Assembly: GCA_963665125.2 (NCBI GenBank) | Contig: CAXXUK010000002.1 | Span: 608,001 to 672,000, forward strand | Direction of reading: 5' to 3' | Length of the DNA stretch: 64,000 nt | Origin: an uncultured Desulfarculus sp. | Lineage (GTDB): Bacteria; Desulfobacterota; Desulfarculia; Desulfarculales; Desulfarculaceae | Shown here: one piece after another, positions 20,642-30,638 of the stretch | Layout: every line of letters begins with the position of its first letter | Position numbering within the stretch: position 1 is the first letter of the stretch | Notes under the pieces: model-generated | The model's input: the letters and a program-made list of their open reading frames with translations, nothing else | Told to the model about the DNA's origin: nothing | Databases searched by the model: none | Made by a program: the position numbers and the translations under genes

Positions 20642-20935
20642 TTACCAGCGCCAGTGCGGGCGGTTCCAGCAATGGCGGTCACAATACCAGGGGCGCGGGG
20701 CCGGGGCATAGGGCCTGTACACCGGGCGGTATGGCATGGGCGCCGGGCGCACATACACCGGAACCGGAACGGGCCTGGGAGCCGGCGGGGCAAAATAACC
20801 GGGCAGGGGCACAACCACGGCGGGTGGAGCGAATACCACGACGGGGGGGCGGTGGTGCCGGGCCTCGGCCTGGGCCGGAGCCAATGCCGCCAGGGCGGTC
20901 AGCGCGGCCAGGGTAATGAACACTATCCTCTTCAT
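20642..20935 (-). CDS. Small secreted Pro/Val/Tyr-rich protein
   Basis: AAGGAGG RBS; MKRIVFITLAALTALAALAPAQAEA signal peptide followed by a PPVVV/PVY-rich mature region. Confidence 0.75.
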   Translation of the reverse strand: MKRIVFITLAALTALAALAPAQAEARHHRPPVVVFAPPAVVVPLPGYFAPPAPRPVPVPVYVRPAPMPYRPVYRPYAPAPRPWYCDRHCWNRPHWRW

Positions 20936-20963
20936 GAGAGTCCTCCTTTTTTCGTCACCGCCG

Positions 20964-21392
20964 TTAGTAGCGGCGCCGTGAGCGGTCGAATATAGTCCGC
21001 AACTGCTGGAACCTGTCGCGGCCCAATATCTTGCGCACCTGGACCAGGAACTGGGACTTTTCCTGGGCAATGGCAGTCTGGGCCCGGCCGAGCCTGGCAT
21101 ATTGCTTGTCCACGGCCTGCTCGTTGAGAGGCCTGCTGTTCATCAGCTTGTCCAGGGTCAGCTTGGCCTGCTCTATTTCGTTGCGGTGGCGGATAACCCG
21201 CTGCTGCATCTGAAAATGAAGCTGGTCGAGCTGCTGAATTTCAGATTGGCTCAGGTGCAGCTGCCCGGCGATCTGGGGCGCTCGCCACCACTTGCCCCTG
21301 GGTCCGCCGTTTTGACCGGCCAGAGCCGGGCAGGCCATAAGGACCACGGCCACCCATGCAGCCAATATCGATATCCACTTTCTGCCTAACAT
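20964..21392 (-). CDS. Spy/CpxP-like periplasmic helical protein
   Basis: Signal peptide, WW.....QLHLS.SEIQQL and VRKILGRDRFQQL (LTxxQ-like repeats). Confidence 0.75.
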   Translation of the reverse strand: MLGRKWISILAAWVAVVLMACPALAGQNGGPRGKWWRAPQIAGQLHLSQSEIQQLDQLHFQMQQRVIRHRNEIEQAKLTLDKLMNSRPLNEQAVDKQYARLGRAQTAIAQEKSQFLVQVRKILGRDRFQQLRTIFDRSRRRY

Positions 21393-21919
21393 GGCGTCCT
21401 CCCAGCCTGACATTGTGAAGTTGTTTCATCGAGATCCGGCGCGACGAAGTCCAGAAAATCCTGGTCGCTCAAGGTGTCGTCGTCGGCCATTATATATTCG
21501 TCAAAGTTGCTGAAGGCCTCTTCGGGCTCCCAGAAAAGATCATCGTTTATGGTCACCTCTTCAAGCGCCGCGATTTCCACGACCGCCTGGGCCGGGGCCT
21601 GGGGCGGCTGGTCCGTGGGCAACAGGGCCAGGACCAGGGCGGCGGCCGCGGCCAGGCTGCCGGCGATCACCGTGCTCCACATTGTCCGGCTGCGGGCCGG
21701 ACGGGAGGGCTCTGCGGCAAAGGATGCCGGCCGGGGCGGCACCTCGATGGTGTCGGCGGCCATTTCGGCCAGGCCGCCAAGCTCGGCTTCCAGGGCCTGG
21801 ACCTTGTTCCGGCATTCCTGGCAGCCTCGCAGGTGCAGCCGGATCTCCGCGGCGGCCTCGGGGCCGTCCACCACTGCCTGGATCAGCTGGTCTTCGGTAA
21901 GGTGTGTGGTGTTGCTCAT
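21386..21919 (-). CDS. Putative zinc-binding anti-sigma factor
   Basis: HLTEDQL...HLRGCQEC (HxxxCxxC), single TM helix, coupled to the ECF sigma by an ATGA overlap. Confidence 0.8.
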   Translation of the reverse strand: MSNTTHLTEDQLIQAVVDGPEAAAEIRLHLRGCQECRNKVQALEAELGGLAEMAADTIEVPPRPASFAAEPSRPARSRTMWSTVIAGSLAAAAALVLALLPTDQPPQAPAQAVVEIAALEEVTINDDLFWEPEEAFSNFDEYIMADDDTLSDQDFLDFVAPDLDETTSQCQAGRTPC

Positions 21920-22524
21920 GCTTCACCTCTTAATACTTGCAATAATTGCTTGTCGCCCTTGAACTTGGCCACGGCCCGGTAAAGTTGGGTCTTCACCGCG
22001 CTTTCGCTGCGGTCAAGGGCCTGGGCGGTTTCGCGTATGCTCAGCCCGTCTATAAAGCGCATGGTGAAGGCCTCGCGTTCGCCCTGGGCCAAACCGGCGC
22101 AAAAATCGTTGACCTTGGTCCAGAACTGGCCCTTGAACACGCCGTCCACGGCGCGATCATCTCCGGCGGGCGAGTCGGGCTCGGGCGTGTTGGCCTCGGC
22201 CTCGCCCAGGGGACTCATGATCGAACGCACACCCCGCCTGCGGTAATGATCCCGCACCAGGTTCATGGCGATGCTGTAGAGCCAGCTCTTGAAGCTGGCC
22301 GCCTCGCCCAGGCCGCCGATAGCGGAGAATGCCTTGACGAACACCTCCTGGGAGATGTCTTCGGCATCCATTGTTGAGCCTGTGCGGTAGCAAACCATGC
22401 GGTAAATATCTCCCCAGAATATGTCCACCAGCTTATCAAAGGCCTTTGCGTCACCTTTGCGGGCCTTTCGGGCCAATGCCGCGACCAGATTCAGCTCTTG
22501 CGTAATGTTGGCATCAGCACCCAC
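21916..22524 (-). CDS. ECF (sigma-70 family) RNA polymerase sigma factor
   Basis: AR.GD..AF..LV, DAEDISQEVF, FKSWLY.IA.N...D..RR, region 4 GLSIRETAQAL..SESAVKTQLYRA. Confidence 0.92.
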   Translation of the reverse strand: MGADANITQELNLVAALARKARKGDAKAFDKLVDIFWGDIYRMVCYRTGSTMDAEDISQEVFVKAFSAIGGLGEAASFKSWLYSIAMNLVRDHYRRRGVRSIMSPLGEAEANTPEPDSPAGDDRAVDGVFKGQFWTKVNDFCAGLAQGEREAFTMRFIDGLSIRETAQALDRSESAVKTQLYRAVAKFKGDKQLLQVLRGEA

Positions 22525-22590
22525 TGGAGGTCATCGCATTCCGGTTTAGGTTGACATCACGAGCCGCTATACGGGCGGCTTCTGACTGTT

Positions 22591-22620
22591 AAGACGAACC
22601 ACCGGCCTTGTTGGTCTACA
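22591..22620 (-). promoter_or_regulatory. Candidate ECF autoregulatory promoter
   Basis: Minus strand TGTAGAC-N17-CGTCTT resembles the ECF -35 (AAC/GAC) and -10 (CGTC) pattern, about 70 nt upstream of the sigma gene. Confidence 0.4.
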
Positions 22621-22789
22621 TTTTTTTGATTTAATTCCCGCCATCGGTATCCTGGTAACAATTTAACAAAAATAGGCATCAATTTGTTCAGCCTGAGGCA
22701 TAATGTGCCTGATTGTCTACAATGGTTGGCCGCCCCGGCTGGTGGCAATTTTCCAACCCGGCAGGGTAACTCATTGCTGAGGAGAGAAG

Positions 22790-23980
22790 ATGCGCTCCAG
22801 ATGCTGTCACGGATGGTTGAGCGGCATGCTTCCGGTCTTGGTCTTGGCATGCCTGGCCGCCGGCCCGGCCTTTGCCCAGGTCTCCCTTAGTACGCCGGAA
22901 AAGATTAATTACATTGAGGGGTCCATCAGACGGGCCAATGAAACCATGGCCAAGGGGGAAACGGACAAGGCCAGGTATTGGCTGCTGGCCGCCACCGGGC
23001 TGGTGGGCGAAGTGGCCGAGGAGTCCATGCCCTTTGACAACCGGCGGAGGGCGGTCAACGCCTTTATGGCTGCCTGCGACAAGGCCTGGCCCGGGGCCGG
23101 CCCCAAACAGGACGAGGCCAGGATGCAGGCCTGGACCCGGCAGGTCGCCCAGGACAAGCAGAGGCTGCTGGAGCTTGCCGGAGAGTTCAACCTGAGCCCG
23201 CCGCCTGAGGACCGATGGGAATATTGGAAAAGGGTGACCACGGTCATGGTCCTGGAGAAGGAGGCCATTGGTTTGGGTTACAAGCTCTGCGCCGATGCCC
23301 CATCGCCGGATTATTTCCTGACCAACAAAGACCTGTTGCGGCAGTTCTCGCCCGTGTTCAGGGCCATGTTCGACATCACCTATGGTTCGGCCCTGGCCCG
23401 GTGGCACGCCAGGACCCGGGTGGCCAGGGATGTGGCCTACGAGGCCCTGATCAAAATGATTCGTGCCGGTGAAACCAATGACGTTATGGTCATCGGGGAA
23501 AATCTGGAAATCGCCCGGGAAGCCATCGACACCCTGGCCATGATAGACGCCCAGAACCCGGACCTGCCGGAGCTCAGGGAAAAGATGAAAAACTCTCTGG
23601 AGCGCCTGAAAAAGCTCTATGGCGAGCAGGTGCCCCAAAACCGCATGCCCGGCGACAACTACAAAGGCGCCGACAAACAGGCCCTTGTTAACGAGGCCTC
23701 CGAATTATACAAGAAGCGCTTTTCCGACGAAGAGATTGTGTTGGTCAAGGTGCCCAGCCAGGCCTGGGCCGAGGCCTGGGAAGGCTGGTGGGAAGACGAC
23801 GCTTGGCGCACGGCCTACGCCGGATACGTGGATGTGGCCTTTGCCGCCAAGGGCAAGGACGGCCTGGAGCGGGTCTACCTGGAGCGCTTTCGCCGCACCC
23901 GCAACGCCGACGGCTGGAGCCCCATGCGTCATTGGCGCAACATCGCCTGCTATCGCATTCTACCGGAAAACATAAACTAA
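22790..23980 (+). CDS. Secreted hypothetical protein (mostly helical)
   Basis: GAGGAG RBS, signal peptide ending AFA, long ORF with host-like codon usage. Confidence 0.8.
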   Translation: MRSRCCHGWLSGMLPVLVLACLAAGPAFAQVSLSTPEKINYIEGSIRRANETMAKGETDKARYWLLAATGLVGEVAEESMPFDNRRRAVNAFMAACDKAWPGAGPKQDEARMQAWTRQVAQDKQRLLELAGEFNLSPPPEDRWEYWKRVTTVMVLEKEAIGLGYKLCADAPSPDYFLTNKDLLRQFSPVFRAMFDITYGSALARWHARTRVARDVAYEALIKMIRAGETNDVMVIGENLEIAREAIDTLAMIDAQNPDLPELREKMKNSLERLKKLYGEQVPQNRMPGDNYKGADKQALVNEASELYKKRFSDEEIVLVKVPSQAWAEAWEGWWEDDAWRTAYAGYVDVAFAAKGKDGLERVYLERFRRTRNADGWSPMRHWRNIACYRILPENIN

Positions 23981-24010
23981 CTAGCTAATAATTAATAAAC
24001 AATTAAAGAT

Positions 24011-24047
24011 CGGGCCGCTCTGTCGTTCAGGGTGGCCCGGGTTTTTT
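24011..24047 (+). terminator. Rho-independent terminator
   Basis: CGGGCCGCTCTG...CAGGGTGGCCCG (two GU pairs) followed by TTTTTT. Confidence 0.7.
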
Positions 24048-24155
24048 GACCTTGTTGTGGACCATTGGAGGTCCAGGCGCGTCTGAAAAATCAACGAATG
24101 CATGCCGGCCGGCTGCCAATACTTTGAGCACAAGCTTTAACCTTGGAGGGCAGCA

Positions 24156-24896
24156 ATGCTTAGGAAGAAGATGCGCATAGTGTTTATGGCGGCTTTGGCT
24201 TTTTGTCTTGTCGGGGCCATGGGAGCCCAGGCGGCCCAGGCGGCAAAGCTCTTGCACCGCGGCCAGAATGTGATCCACACCCGCTGCGGCAATCCTGCCA
24301 ACCCTGTAATTCTGGAAGTGACCGCCCCCCGCATGACGAACCTGCCCGGCCCCTGCGTGCTGGTGGTAAGGCCCAACTGCCCGGCCGGAGTTTGCCACCC
24401 CGGCAATATCGTGGTGAGAGTTATCCACCGGTTTGCCAATCAGCGCCCGGTGCAGGTTTTTCTGCGGCCCATCCGGCCCCGCCACCGCTGCAATCTGACA
24501 GTGCTGCACATCAACCGGCCGGTTTACGCCAACCCTTGCGCCAACCCCTGTGTCAGGCCTTGCGTCCGGCCCTGCACCCACCCGGTCCCGCCCGTGGCCA
24601 TCGTGCCCACGCCGCCCCGCAGGCCCAACTGGCCCCACCGTCCGGTTCATCCTGATTGGGTAAACCCCGTCGGTCCGCCCGTGCCGCCCGTCCCCGGCCC
24701 CCTGGTGGACCCCTTTCCGCCCAGCGGCAGCACTGACGACGATATCGTGGCTCTGGCGCCCGATCACCTGGAGCCCAACACCAATCTGCCGGAACTGGGC
24801 AGCGATGCCCTGAATCAGGGTGAAATAGCTCCCAACCCCGGCATCGATATCAGCAACCCCACCTTGGGTCACGGCACTCCGGTCATCCCCAACTAG
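24156..24896 (+). CDS. Secreted Pro/Cys-rich hypothetical protein
   Basis: GGAGG RBS, signal peptide ending AQA, ANPCANPCVRPCVRPC repeats, acidic C-terminal tail; hairpin plus T-run follows at about 24925-24952. Confidence 0.7.
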   Translation: MLRKKMRIVFMAALAFCLVGAMGAQAAQAAKLLHRGQNVIHTRCGNPANPVILEVTAPRMTNLPGPCVLVVRPNCPAGVCHPGNIVVRVIHRFANQRPVQVFLRPIRPRHRCNLTVLHINRPVYANPCANPCVRPCVRPCTHPVPPVAIVPTPPRRPNWPHRPVHPDWVNPVGPPVPPVPGPLVDPFPPSGSTDDDIVALAPDHLEPNTNLPELGSDALNQGEIAPNPGIDISNPTLGHGTPVIPN

Positions 24897-24992
24897 CCGC
24901 CCCAAGGTTCCCTCCCCCACCCCGGGGTCCGGCCACAGCGCCGGGCCCTTTTCCTATTTTCTTGCACCTCGGCCCGTCCTTGGGCCAAGGTG

Positions 24993-25041
24993 CAGCGCCC
25001 CGGCCGGAGTAAGTCCGATCCGGGCCTTACGGCGCGTGGCT
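24993..25041. repeat. Dispersed 49-bp palindromic intergenic repeat, copy 1
   Basis: 43/49 identical to 45048-45096; both copies lie between convergent genes. Confidence 0.75.
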
Positions 25042-25180
25042 AACGCGCCGCGCCGGGCTGGCCGTCCATGGCCAGCCTATCTGTAGAGCACGGTGTTGCC
25101 GTTATTGGGTGCATGGTCGGGGCCACGGGTGCCTATTGGGGCTCTGAGTGTTGCCCGCGATTTGGGACCAAAAAGCGGCT

Positions 25181-26392
25181 TTAGGATACCCGCGCAAGCC
25201 TCTTTTTCAACACCAGCGCCAATACAACCACCGCCAAGCTCAGCGGGGCCAGCACCGGGAATATGGCCCAAACGCCCCAGGCCGAGTCGGCTGCCCCGGC
25301 CAGGGCCACGGCAACCGAGCCCACGCCGAAGGTCAGCACGAACTTCAGGCCAAAGGCGCTGTTGCGCCACGACTGGGGGCTCAGGCGGGTGACCAGGGTG
25401 TTTTCCAGGGGCTGGCTGCCCAGCAGAAACACGAAATACAGCCCGGCCGTCAGGGCCAGGGGCGCATCGGCCAGCCAGCCCATGGTCAGGGCGGCGACGG
25501 CGGCGATGCAGTGGAAAACGGCATAGGTAAGGGGCAGGTTGAAGCGCTCGCCGGCCCGGCCGCCCATGTATTGGCCGGCAAAGCCCAGGATATAGACCAG
25601 CGAGGCCACGGCATTGGCCGTGAAGTTGGCCGAGCCGCCGGACCACCAATCGGCCACGGCGCTGGTTATGGCCGGGCTGCGCAGCTCCAACAGGGCGGGC
25701 AGGCCCACCGTAGCGCCCCGGTAGACGATGCCGCCGAGCATCATGGCCGCCAGCAGCAGGGCGAACGCGCCCAGGGCCTTGGAGCCCTTGCCCGGCCCGG
25801 CGTTGGGCCCCTTGACCTTGGCGGCGGGTACGGGCGTAAGGAACATCAGGGCCAGACCGGCCAGGTTGGTCAGGCCAAGGGCGGCAAACGCCGCGCCGGG
25901 GCCCGAGGCCCACACGGCGAAGCCGGTCAACAGCGGCGCGGCCACAAGGCCCAGATTTCCGGCCATGCCGTTGTAGCCCATGGCCAGGGATACGGCCCGC
26001 ACCCGCAGGCCGATGAGCCCCAGGCCCACGGGGTGGTAGATCCCGGCGAACAGGCCCAGACCGGCCAGATGCACGGCCAGGCCCAGGGGGCTGTCTATCC
26101 AGTAGGCCGCGCCCAGGGCGCTGGCCCCGCAGCCGATGAACATAAGCCCCAGGGGCAGCCGCGCCCCGATGCGGTCGGCCAGCAGGCCCCAAGGCAGGGC
26201 CGTTATGCCGAACAGCAGATACATGGCCTGGGACAAGACCAGAACCTCGGACAGGCTTGTGTTCATCCGGGCGGCCAGGGGCACGGCCAAGGCCGGAAAG
26301 ACCAGCATGTTCAGGTGGCATAAAAAATGGCCGAATCCGGTCAGGGCCAGGATCCGCCTTTCCTGCGTGTCTAGGCGCGGGTTGTGTTTCAT
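25181..26392 (-). CDS. MFS transporter
   Basis: GHFLCH, PWGLLADRIGAR (motif A), GL.AGIYHP.G, GNLG; about 12 TM segments. Confidence 0.88.
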   Translation of the reverse strand: MKHNPRLDTQERRILALTGFGHFLCHLNMLVFPALAVPLAARMNTSLSEVLVLSQAMYLLFGITALPWGLLADRIGARLPLGLMFIGCGASALGAAYWIDSPLGLAVHLAGLGLFAGIYHPVGLGLIGLRVRAVSLAMGYNGMAGNLGLVAAPLLTGFAVWASGPGAAFAALGLTNLAGLALMFLTPVPAAKVKGPNAGPGKGSKALGAFALLLAAMMLGGIVYRGATVGLPALLELRSPAITSAVADWWSGGSANFTANAVASLVYILGFAGQYMGGRAGERFNLPLTYAVFHCIAAVAALTMGWLADAPLALTAGLYFVFLLGSQPLENTLVTRLSPQSWRNSAFGLKFVLTFGVGSVAVALAGAADSAWGVWAIFPVLAPLSLAVVVLALVLKKRLARVS

Positions 26393-26511
26393 GCCCAAAC
26401 TTTTACCTGGAGCCGGTCGGATTGTCCACTTGCGCCGATTGTATTTGCCAACGGCCGAGCTTGGCTTACAATTACCCGGAGTTTACAACACGTACTCAGC
26501 GGACGGATTCT

Positions 26512-27636
26512 ATGAGCCAGAAATTTCCCGCGCCCCAAGACATGGCCCGCCAATTGGTGCACCTGCCCAGCATCGGCCCGGAACACGGCGAGGCCGCCTG
26601 CGCCGCTTTTTGCGCGGGTTTGTTGGAGATGGCCGGCTTTGACGTGAAAATGATCGACCTGGCGCCTGGGCGGCCAAACCTGGTGGCCGTGTTGGAGGGC
26701 AGCCAAAGCGGGGCCATGTTCTGCCTCAGCGGCCATTTGGACACAGTGGCCCTGGGCCAGGCCAAGTGGTCTTTTGATCCGTACTCGGGCGAAATCCGGG
26801 ACGGACGCCTACTGGGCCGGGGTTCCAGCGACATGAAATCCGGCGTGGCGGCAATGCTGGCGGCCGCGATGCGCCTGGCCGCCGGACCCAGGCCCAAGGC
26901 CGGGCTGATCCTGGTGCTCACCGCCGGGGAAGAGCACGGCCTCAACGGGGCCAAGGCCCTGGCCGCCGCTTCCGTGCTACCGGAAATTGGGGCCATGGTG
27001 GTGGGCGAGCCCACGGCCAACCGGCCGCTGTTGGGTCACAAGGGCGGCCTGTGGTTCCATGCCGAGTTCCACGGCAAGGCGGCCCACGGCTCCATGCCCC
27101 AGCTGGGCGACAGCGCCATTATCAAGGCGGCAAAAGCTGTGATCAGCCTCGACGGGTTCGAGTTTGACGAAGATCATCCCGTGCTGGGTGGCCCGACATT
27201 GAACATGGGGGTCATAAAGGGCGGCCAAGCGCCCAATATAGTACCAGACCTTTGCCGCCTGGAGTGCGACGTGCGACTGGTGCCGGGCATGGACCCAGAC
27301 GACGTCCTGGAGCGGCTGGGCCGGGCCGCGCCCCAGGCTGTGATAGGCAACACCAATTATCTGCCGCCGGTGTGGTGCGATGCCGCTGAGCCATGGATGG
27401 CAACCGCTTTGGAGATGGTCTCCGGCCTCACCGGCCGCCAGGCCCAATCGGCTGGCGCGCCGTACGTCACCGATGCCTCGGTCTTGTGCCCCCTGCTGGC
27501 CGCCCCGGCGCTGATCATCGGACCTGGCCAGCCCGAACAGGCCCACCAGGTGGACGAATGGTGCGACGCCGGGCTCATCGAACAGGCCGCGGAAATCTAT
27601 TACTATCTCGCTGCCGATTGGTGCGGAGTTAAATAA
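26512..27636 (+). CDS. M20 family metallopeptidase/deacylase (ArgE/DapE-like)
   Basis: SGHLDTV, GRGSSDMKSG, AGEE.G..GA, VGEPT, GKAAHGS.P, GPG...QAH..DE. Confidence 0.92.
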   Translation: MSQKFPAPQDMARQLVHLPSIGPEHGEAACAAFCAGLLEMAGFDVKMIDLAPGRPNLVAVLEGSQSGAMFCLSGHLDTVALGQAKWSFDPYSGEIRDGRLLGRGSSDMKSGVAAMLAAAMRLAAGPRPKAGLILVLTAGEEHGLNGAKALAAASVLPEIGAMVVGEPTANRPLLGHKGGLWFHAEFHGKAAHGSMPQLGDSAIIKAAKAVISLDGFEFDEDHPVLGGPTLNMGVIKGGQAPNIVPDLCRLECDVRLVPGMDPDDVLERLGRAAPQAVIGNTNYLPPVWCDAAEPWMATALEMVSGLTGRQAQSAGAPYVTDASVLCPLLAAPALIIGPGQPEQAHQVDEWCDAGLIEQAAEIYYYLAADWCGVK

Positions 27637-28589
27637 TGGGCGCGGTGCTCAACCTGATAAAAGACAACATCCTCGTATTTGGCATCGTCCTCGGACTGCT
27701 ACTGGGCTGCTTGATGCCCGACCCCGGCCTGCTGCTGAAAAAATTGCAGGCCGGACCGTTGTTCATCGGCCTGATCTTTTTTTGCCAGGGCATGGCCTTC
27801 AAACCCAACGAGGCCCCCGGCGGACGCGAACTGGTGCGGCTGGTGATCTGGGGCCTGATCCTGTCCCAGGTGCTGGGGCCCCTGGCCGGTCTGGCCGGGG
27901 CTCACCTGCTGCCCCTGGGCACCGAAGAAGGCATCGGCCTGATCCTGATGTGCTCCATGGCTCCGACCCTGGTATCCGGGGCCGTGTTGGCCGAAAGGGC
28001 GGGCGGCGACTGGGCCGCGGCCATCATCTTGGCCGTGGGGCTCAACCTGATCGCGGTGCTGACCATCCCGCTGAACTTGGGTTGGCTCCTGGGCCAGTCG
28101 GTGCAGATCGACGCCATGGGCCTGCTGTTCAAGCTGGTGGCCTTGGTTTTGGTCCCGGCTCTGGTGGGCCACGGCCTGGGCCGGGCCTGGCCGGGCGGCG
28201 TGGTTTCCCTGGCCGGAGTGCTCAAGTACGTACCCGTGGTGGGCATCGCCACCCTGGTCTACATGTCGGTGGCGTCCAACAACGAGGCCCTTTTGGCCAT
28301 GGAGCCCGAGGTGTTTTTGCTGCTGCTGGCGGCCGCCCTGTTCGCCCATCTGCTGCTGTTGGTCATGGGTTACGCCGTGGCCAGACGGCCCATGGGCCTG
28401 CCCCCGCGTTCGGCACGGTCTCTGGCCATTGTCTGCTCGGAAAAAACCCTGCCCCTCGCCGTTGCCGTGTGGACCCTGGCCCTGGCCGACCAATACCCGC
28501 TTTCGCTGATGGCGGCAATCGTCTTCCACCCCACCCAAGTGGTTGTCGACGGGATCATCGCCGCCTGGTGGGTCAAACGGCCCGTCTGA
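27636..28589 (+). CDS. Bile acid:sodium symporter family transporter
   Basis: IFF..G, PTL.SG....AGG, SEKTLP.A, FHPTQ..VD motifs; TAATG coupling to the M20 gene. Confidence 0.85.
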   Translation: MGAVLNLIKDNILVFGIVLGLLLGCLMPDPGLLLKKLQAGPLFIGLIFFCQGMAFKPNEAPGGRELVRLVIWGLILSQVLGPLAGLAGAHLLPLGTEEGIGLILMCSMAPTLVSGAVLAERAGGDWAAAIILAVGLNLIAVLTIPLNLGWLLGQSVQIDAMGLLFKLVALVLVPALVGHGLGRAWPGGVVSLAGVLKYVPVVGIATLVYMSVASNNEALLAMEPEVFLLLLAAALFAHLLLLVMGYAVARRPMGLPPRSARSLAIVCSEKTLPLAVAVWTLALADQYPLSLMAAIVFHPTQVVVDGIIAAWWVKRPV

Positions 28590-28668
28590 GCCATAACAAG
28601 CGTTTTGCGCGATCCGTGATCTGTGGCATGATTAATCTTTAAGAGGCCACCTTTTACGGAGGGTTCGA

Positions 28669-29382
28669 ATGCCCGAGTTAATTCTGGTGCGTCATGGCCA
28701 GAGCCAATGGAACCTGGAAAACCGCTTCACCGGCTGGACCGATGTGGACCTGACCAGCCAGGGTGAACACGAGGCTCGCCAGGCCGGGAAGCTGCTGGCC
28801 AAGGCCGGCAATGGGTTTGACCTGGCCTATACCTCGGTGCTCAAGAGGGCGGTGCGCACCCTGTGGCTGATCATGGAGCAGATGGACCTGGAGTGGATTC
28901 CCCAGGTGGCCAACTGGCGGCTCAACGAGCGGCATTACGGGGCCCTGCAGGGACTGAACAAGGCCGAGACCGCCCAGAAACACGGCGAAGATCAGGTGCG
29001 CATCTGGCGCAGGTCTTTTGACACGCCCCCGCCGCCCCTGGACGACCTGGACCCCCGTCACCCGCGCTATGACAAACGCTATGCCTCTGTGGACAAGGCC
29101 CTGCTGCCGGGCAGCGAATCGCTCAAAGACACCCTGGCCCGGGCCATGCCTTTTTGGCACGAAGTCATCGAGCCAAGGCTCAAGGCCGGGAAAAACGTGA
29201 TCGTGGCCGCTCACGGCAACAGCCTGCGGGCCGTGATCAAACACCTGGATAAGATCAGCGACGCCCAAATCCCCCGGCTGGAGGTGCCCACCGGCAACCC
29301 CCTGGTCTACCGCCTCACCGAGGATCTGCGGGTCATCGACCGCAAGTACCTAGACGCGGACAGGGCCGGGCCGCTGCCTTAG
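28669..29382 (+). CDS. gpmA: 2,3-bisphosphoglycerate-dependent phosphoglycerate mutase
   Basis: [49 protein letters not shown]. Confidence 0.96.
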   Translation: MPELILVRHGQSQWNLENRFTGWTDVDLTSQGEHEARQAGKLLAKAGNGFDLAYTSVLKRAVRTLWLIMEQMDLEWIPQVANWRLNERHYGALQGLNKAETAQKHGEDQVRIWRRSFDTPPPPLDDLDPRHPRYDKRYASVDKALLPGSESLKDTLARAMPFWHEVIEPRLKAGKNVIVAAHGNSLRAVIKHLDKISDAQIPRLEVPTGNPLVYRLTEDLRVIDRKYLDADRAGPLP

Positions 29383-29840
29383 CCCGCCAAATCGTCCAGA
29401 ACAATTTGGGCGTGACCTGCCGCCTTGACCTTGGGATATACCTTGGTCAGCACGCCATCCGGCCCGGCAACGAATGTGCTGCGCTGGGCGCCCATGCTCA
29501 CTTTGCCCTTTGATTTCTTTTCCACCCAGGCTCCCAGGGCCTGCAAGGTGGTGGTCTCAACGTCGGCCAATAGCGGATAGCCCAGGCCCAGCTTGGCCGC
29601 GAACTTGGCGTGGCTCTCGGCCTTGTCCTTGGAAATGCCCGCCAGGCCATACCCGGCGGCGCTGAACTTGGCCAGTAGGGCCTGGAACTCCGAGGCCTCG
29701 GTGGTGCAGCCGCTGGTGTTGTCTCGGGAATATACGAAAATCACCAGGCCCTTGGGGCCGGCGAGGTCGGCCCGGCTTCGGGTCTTGCCGTCCTGGTCCG
29801 CCAGATTCAGCTCGGGCAGTTTTTGTCCCTGTTCAAGCAT
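29379..29840 (-). CDS. bcp: Peroxiredoxin, BCP/PrxQ type (single Cys)
   Basis: [22 protein letters not shown]...SH.KF, RSTFV...DG, VK..GH. Confidence 0.9.
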   Translation of the reverse strand: MLEQGQKLPELNLADQDGKTRSRADLAGPKGLVIFVYSRDNTSGCTTEASEFQALLAKFSAAGYGLAGISKDKAESHAKFAAKLGLGYPLLADVETTTLQALGAWVEKKSKGKVSMGAQRSTFVAGPDGVLTKVYPKVKAAGHAQIVLDDLAG

Positions 29841-29953
29841 TTGCCGTCTCCGGTCATGTAGATTGACAGCCATAGGAATTCGCTATGGCTCTAATCGCCT
29901 GATATCCATATTACGTATTTGCGCTGTCAGCGGTTCGTGACCATATTTGTAAC

Positions 29954-30574
29954 ATGCTTTTAGACCTCCATGTACATAGCAACCTGTCTCCGTGCAGCAA
30001 AATGTCCGTGAACCGCATCGGCCGCGAGATTGGCGGCACGGGCCTGGACGGTCTTTGCCTGACCGATCACCAGGTCATGGCCGGACCTGATCTGCTGTCG
30101 GTATTGCCCGGCGGGTTCTCATTCCTGGTCGGCATGGAGTATTCCACCAGCCAGGGAGATCTTCTGCTTTTCGGTCTGGACAAGCCGCCCATCGACGGCA
30201 TGAAGGCCCTGGACATTCTGCAACTGGTCCACGACATGGGCGGGGCCAGCGTGGCCGCCCACCCCTGCCGGGCCGGACGCTCTCTTGATCCGGCGCTGTT
30301 GGGCAGCGGTCTTATACATGCCGTGGAGGTGCTAAACGGCCGCTGCACGCCCCAGGAAAACAGCGAAGCTTTGGGCCTGGCCCAGGCCTTTGACCTGCCC
30401 CTGACCGGCGGCAGCGACGCCCATATGCCTCAGGAGATCGGCCGTTTCGCCACCATGGTCTGCCAGCCGGTCTACAACGCCGCCCAGCTTGCCATGGCCA
30501 TCCGTCAAGGCGACGTTTCGCCGATATCCCTTTCGGAATTACAAGTCTCCAACCTGGTAGCCGCCCTGGCCTGA
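29954..30574 (+). CDS. PHP-domain metallophosphoesterase
   Basis: DLHVHS, LTDH, GME, AAHP.R, EVLNG, TGGSDAH. Confidence 0.9.
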   Translation: MLLDLHVHSNLSPCSKMSVNRIGREIGGTGLDGLCLTDHQVMAGPDLLSVLPGGFSFLVGMEYSTSQGDLLLFGLDKPPIDGMKALDILQLVHDMGGASVAAHPCRAGRSLDPALLGSGLIHAVEVLNGRCTPQENSEALGLAQAFDLPLTGGSDAHMPQEIGRFATMVCQPVYNAAQLAMAIRQGDVSPISLSELQVSNLVAALA

Positions 30575-30638
30575 TTTTGCTAAAGTGATCAAAAAGGCGG
30601 TCAATTGACCCAATTGGTCTTCACGGGAGGCGATATCC

